Program-made: the position numbers and the translations under genes | Assembly: GCA_965113315.1 (NCBI GenBank) | Contig: OZ220365.1 | Origin: Podarcis vaucheri | Lineage: Eukaryota | Length of the DNA: 64,000 nucleotides | Direction: 5' to 3' (one strand) | Shown here: one piece after another, positions 63,816-64,000 of the stretch | Layout of the letters: each line of letters starts with the position of its first letter | How positions within the stretch are numbered: position 1 is the stretch's first letter | The notes under the pieces: generated by a model | Told to the model about the DNA's origin: nothing | What the model saw: only the letters and a program-made list of their open reading frames with translations | The model's database searches: none

Positions 63816-64000
63816 TGGCAATGGCGGTCTCCTTCTAGCTTAGAGGGAGAAGCTCCGCGGAAATCGGGTCTTGCCGCTACGGCGAAGCGGGGAGCCCTTT
63901 GAAAACCACAGGTGGACGAAGCCTGTGACCGTGGGACTCGGCGGGCACCTAAAGCGCCCCCCAACTCGCAAGGGAATCCCGCGAGGGGCTCCGGAGCGGA
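63785..64000. promoter_or_regulatory. Edge of a CpG-island promoter
   Basis: Non-repetitive CpG-dense segment; ETS site ACTTCCGG (63794-63801), YY1-like inverted pair CCGCCATT/AATGGCGG with ATTGG (CCAAT) at 63809-63827. Confidence 0.75.

Overview
Eukaryotic (squamate, most likely lacertid lizard) genomic DNA dominated by transposable elements: RTE/Bov-B LINEs, about 14 Sauria/Squam1-type SINEs, Squam3-like SINEs, L2 and RTE-X LINE 3' ends, TA-duplicating Tigger/mariner-type MITEs, 8-bp-TSD hAT MITEs, a solo LTR, and a Tc1 transposase relic hosting a multi-layer nested insertion. There are no prokaryotic features, CRISPR arrays, rRNA or true tRNA genes, and almost all ORFs in the supplied track are TE-derived or spurious. 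The main non-TE signal is a candidate minus-strand spliced gene of unknown identity. It has a possible first exon in the CpG island at the right edge and a set of small, symmetric phase-1, Glu/Gln-rich exons (57116-57193, 56463-56537, 55678-55773, 9461-9547, 2922-2990, 1366-1386), plus several exon-like segments with stops that hint at partial decay. I did not find a clearly new biological system; the findings are ranked candidates for follow-up. Family names are from recognition of motifs, not database searches.
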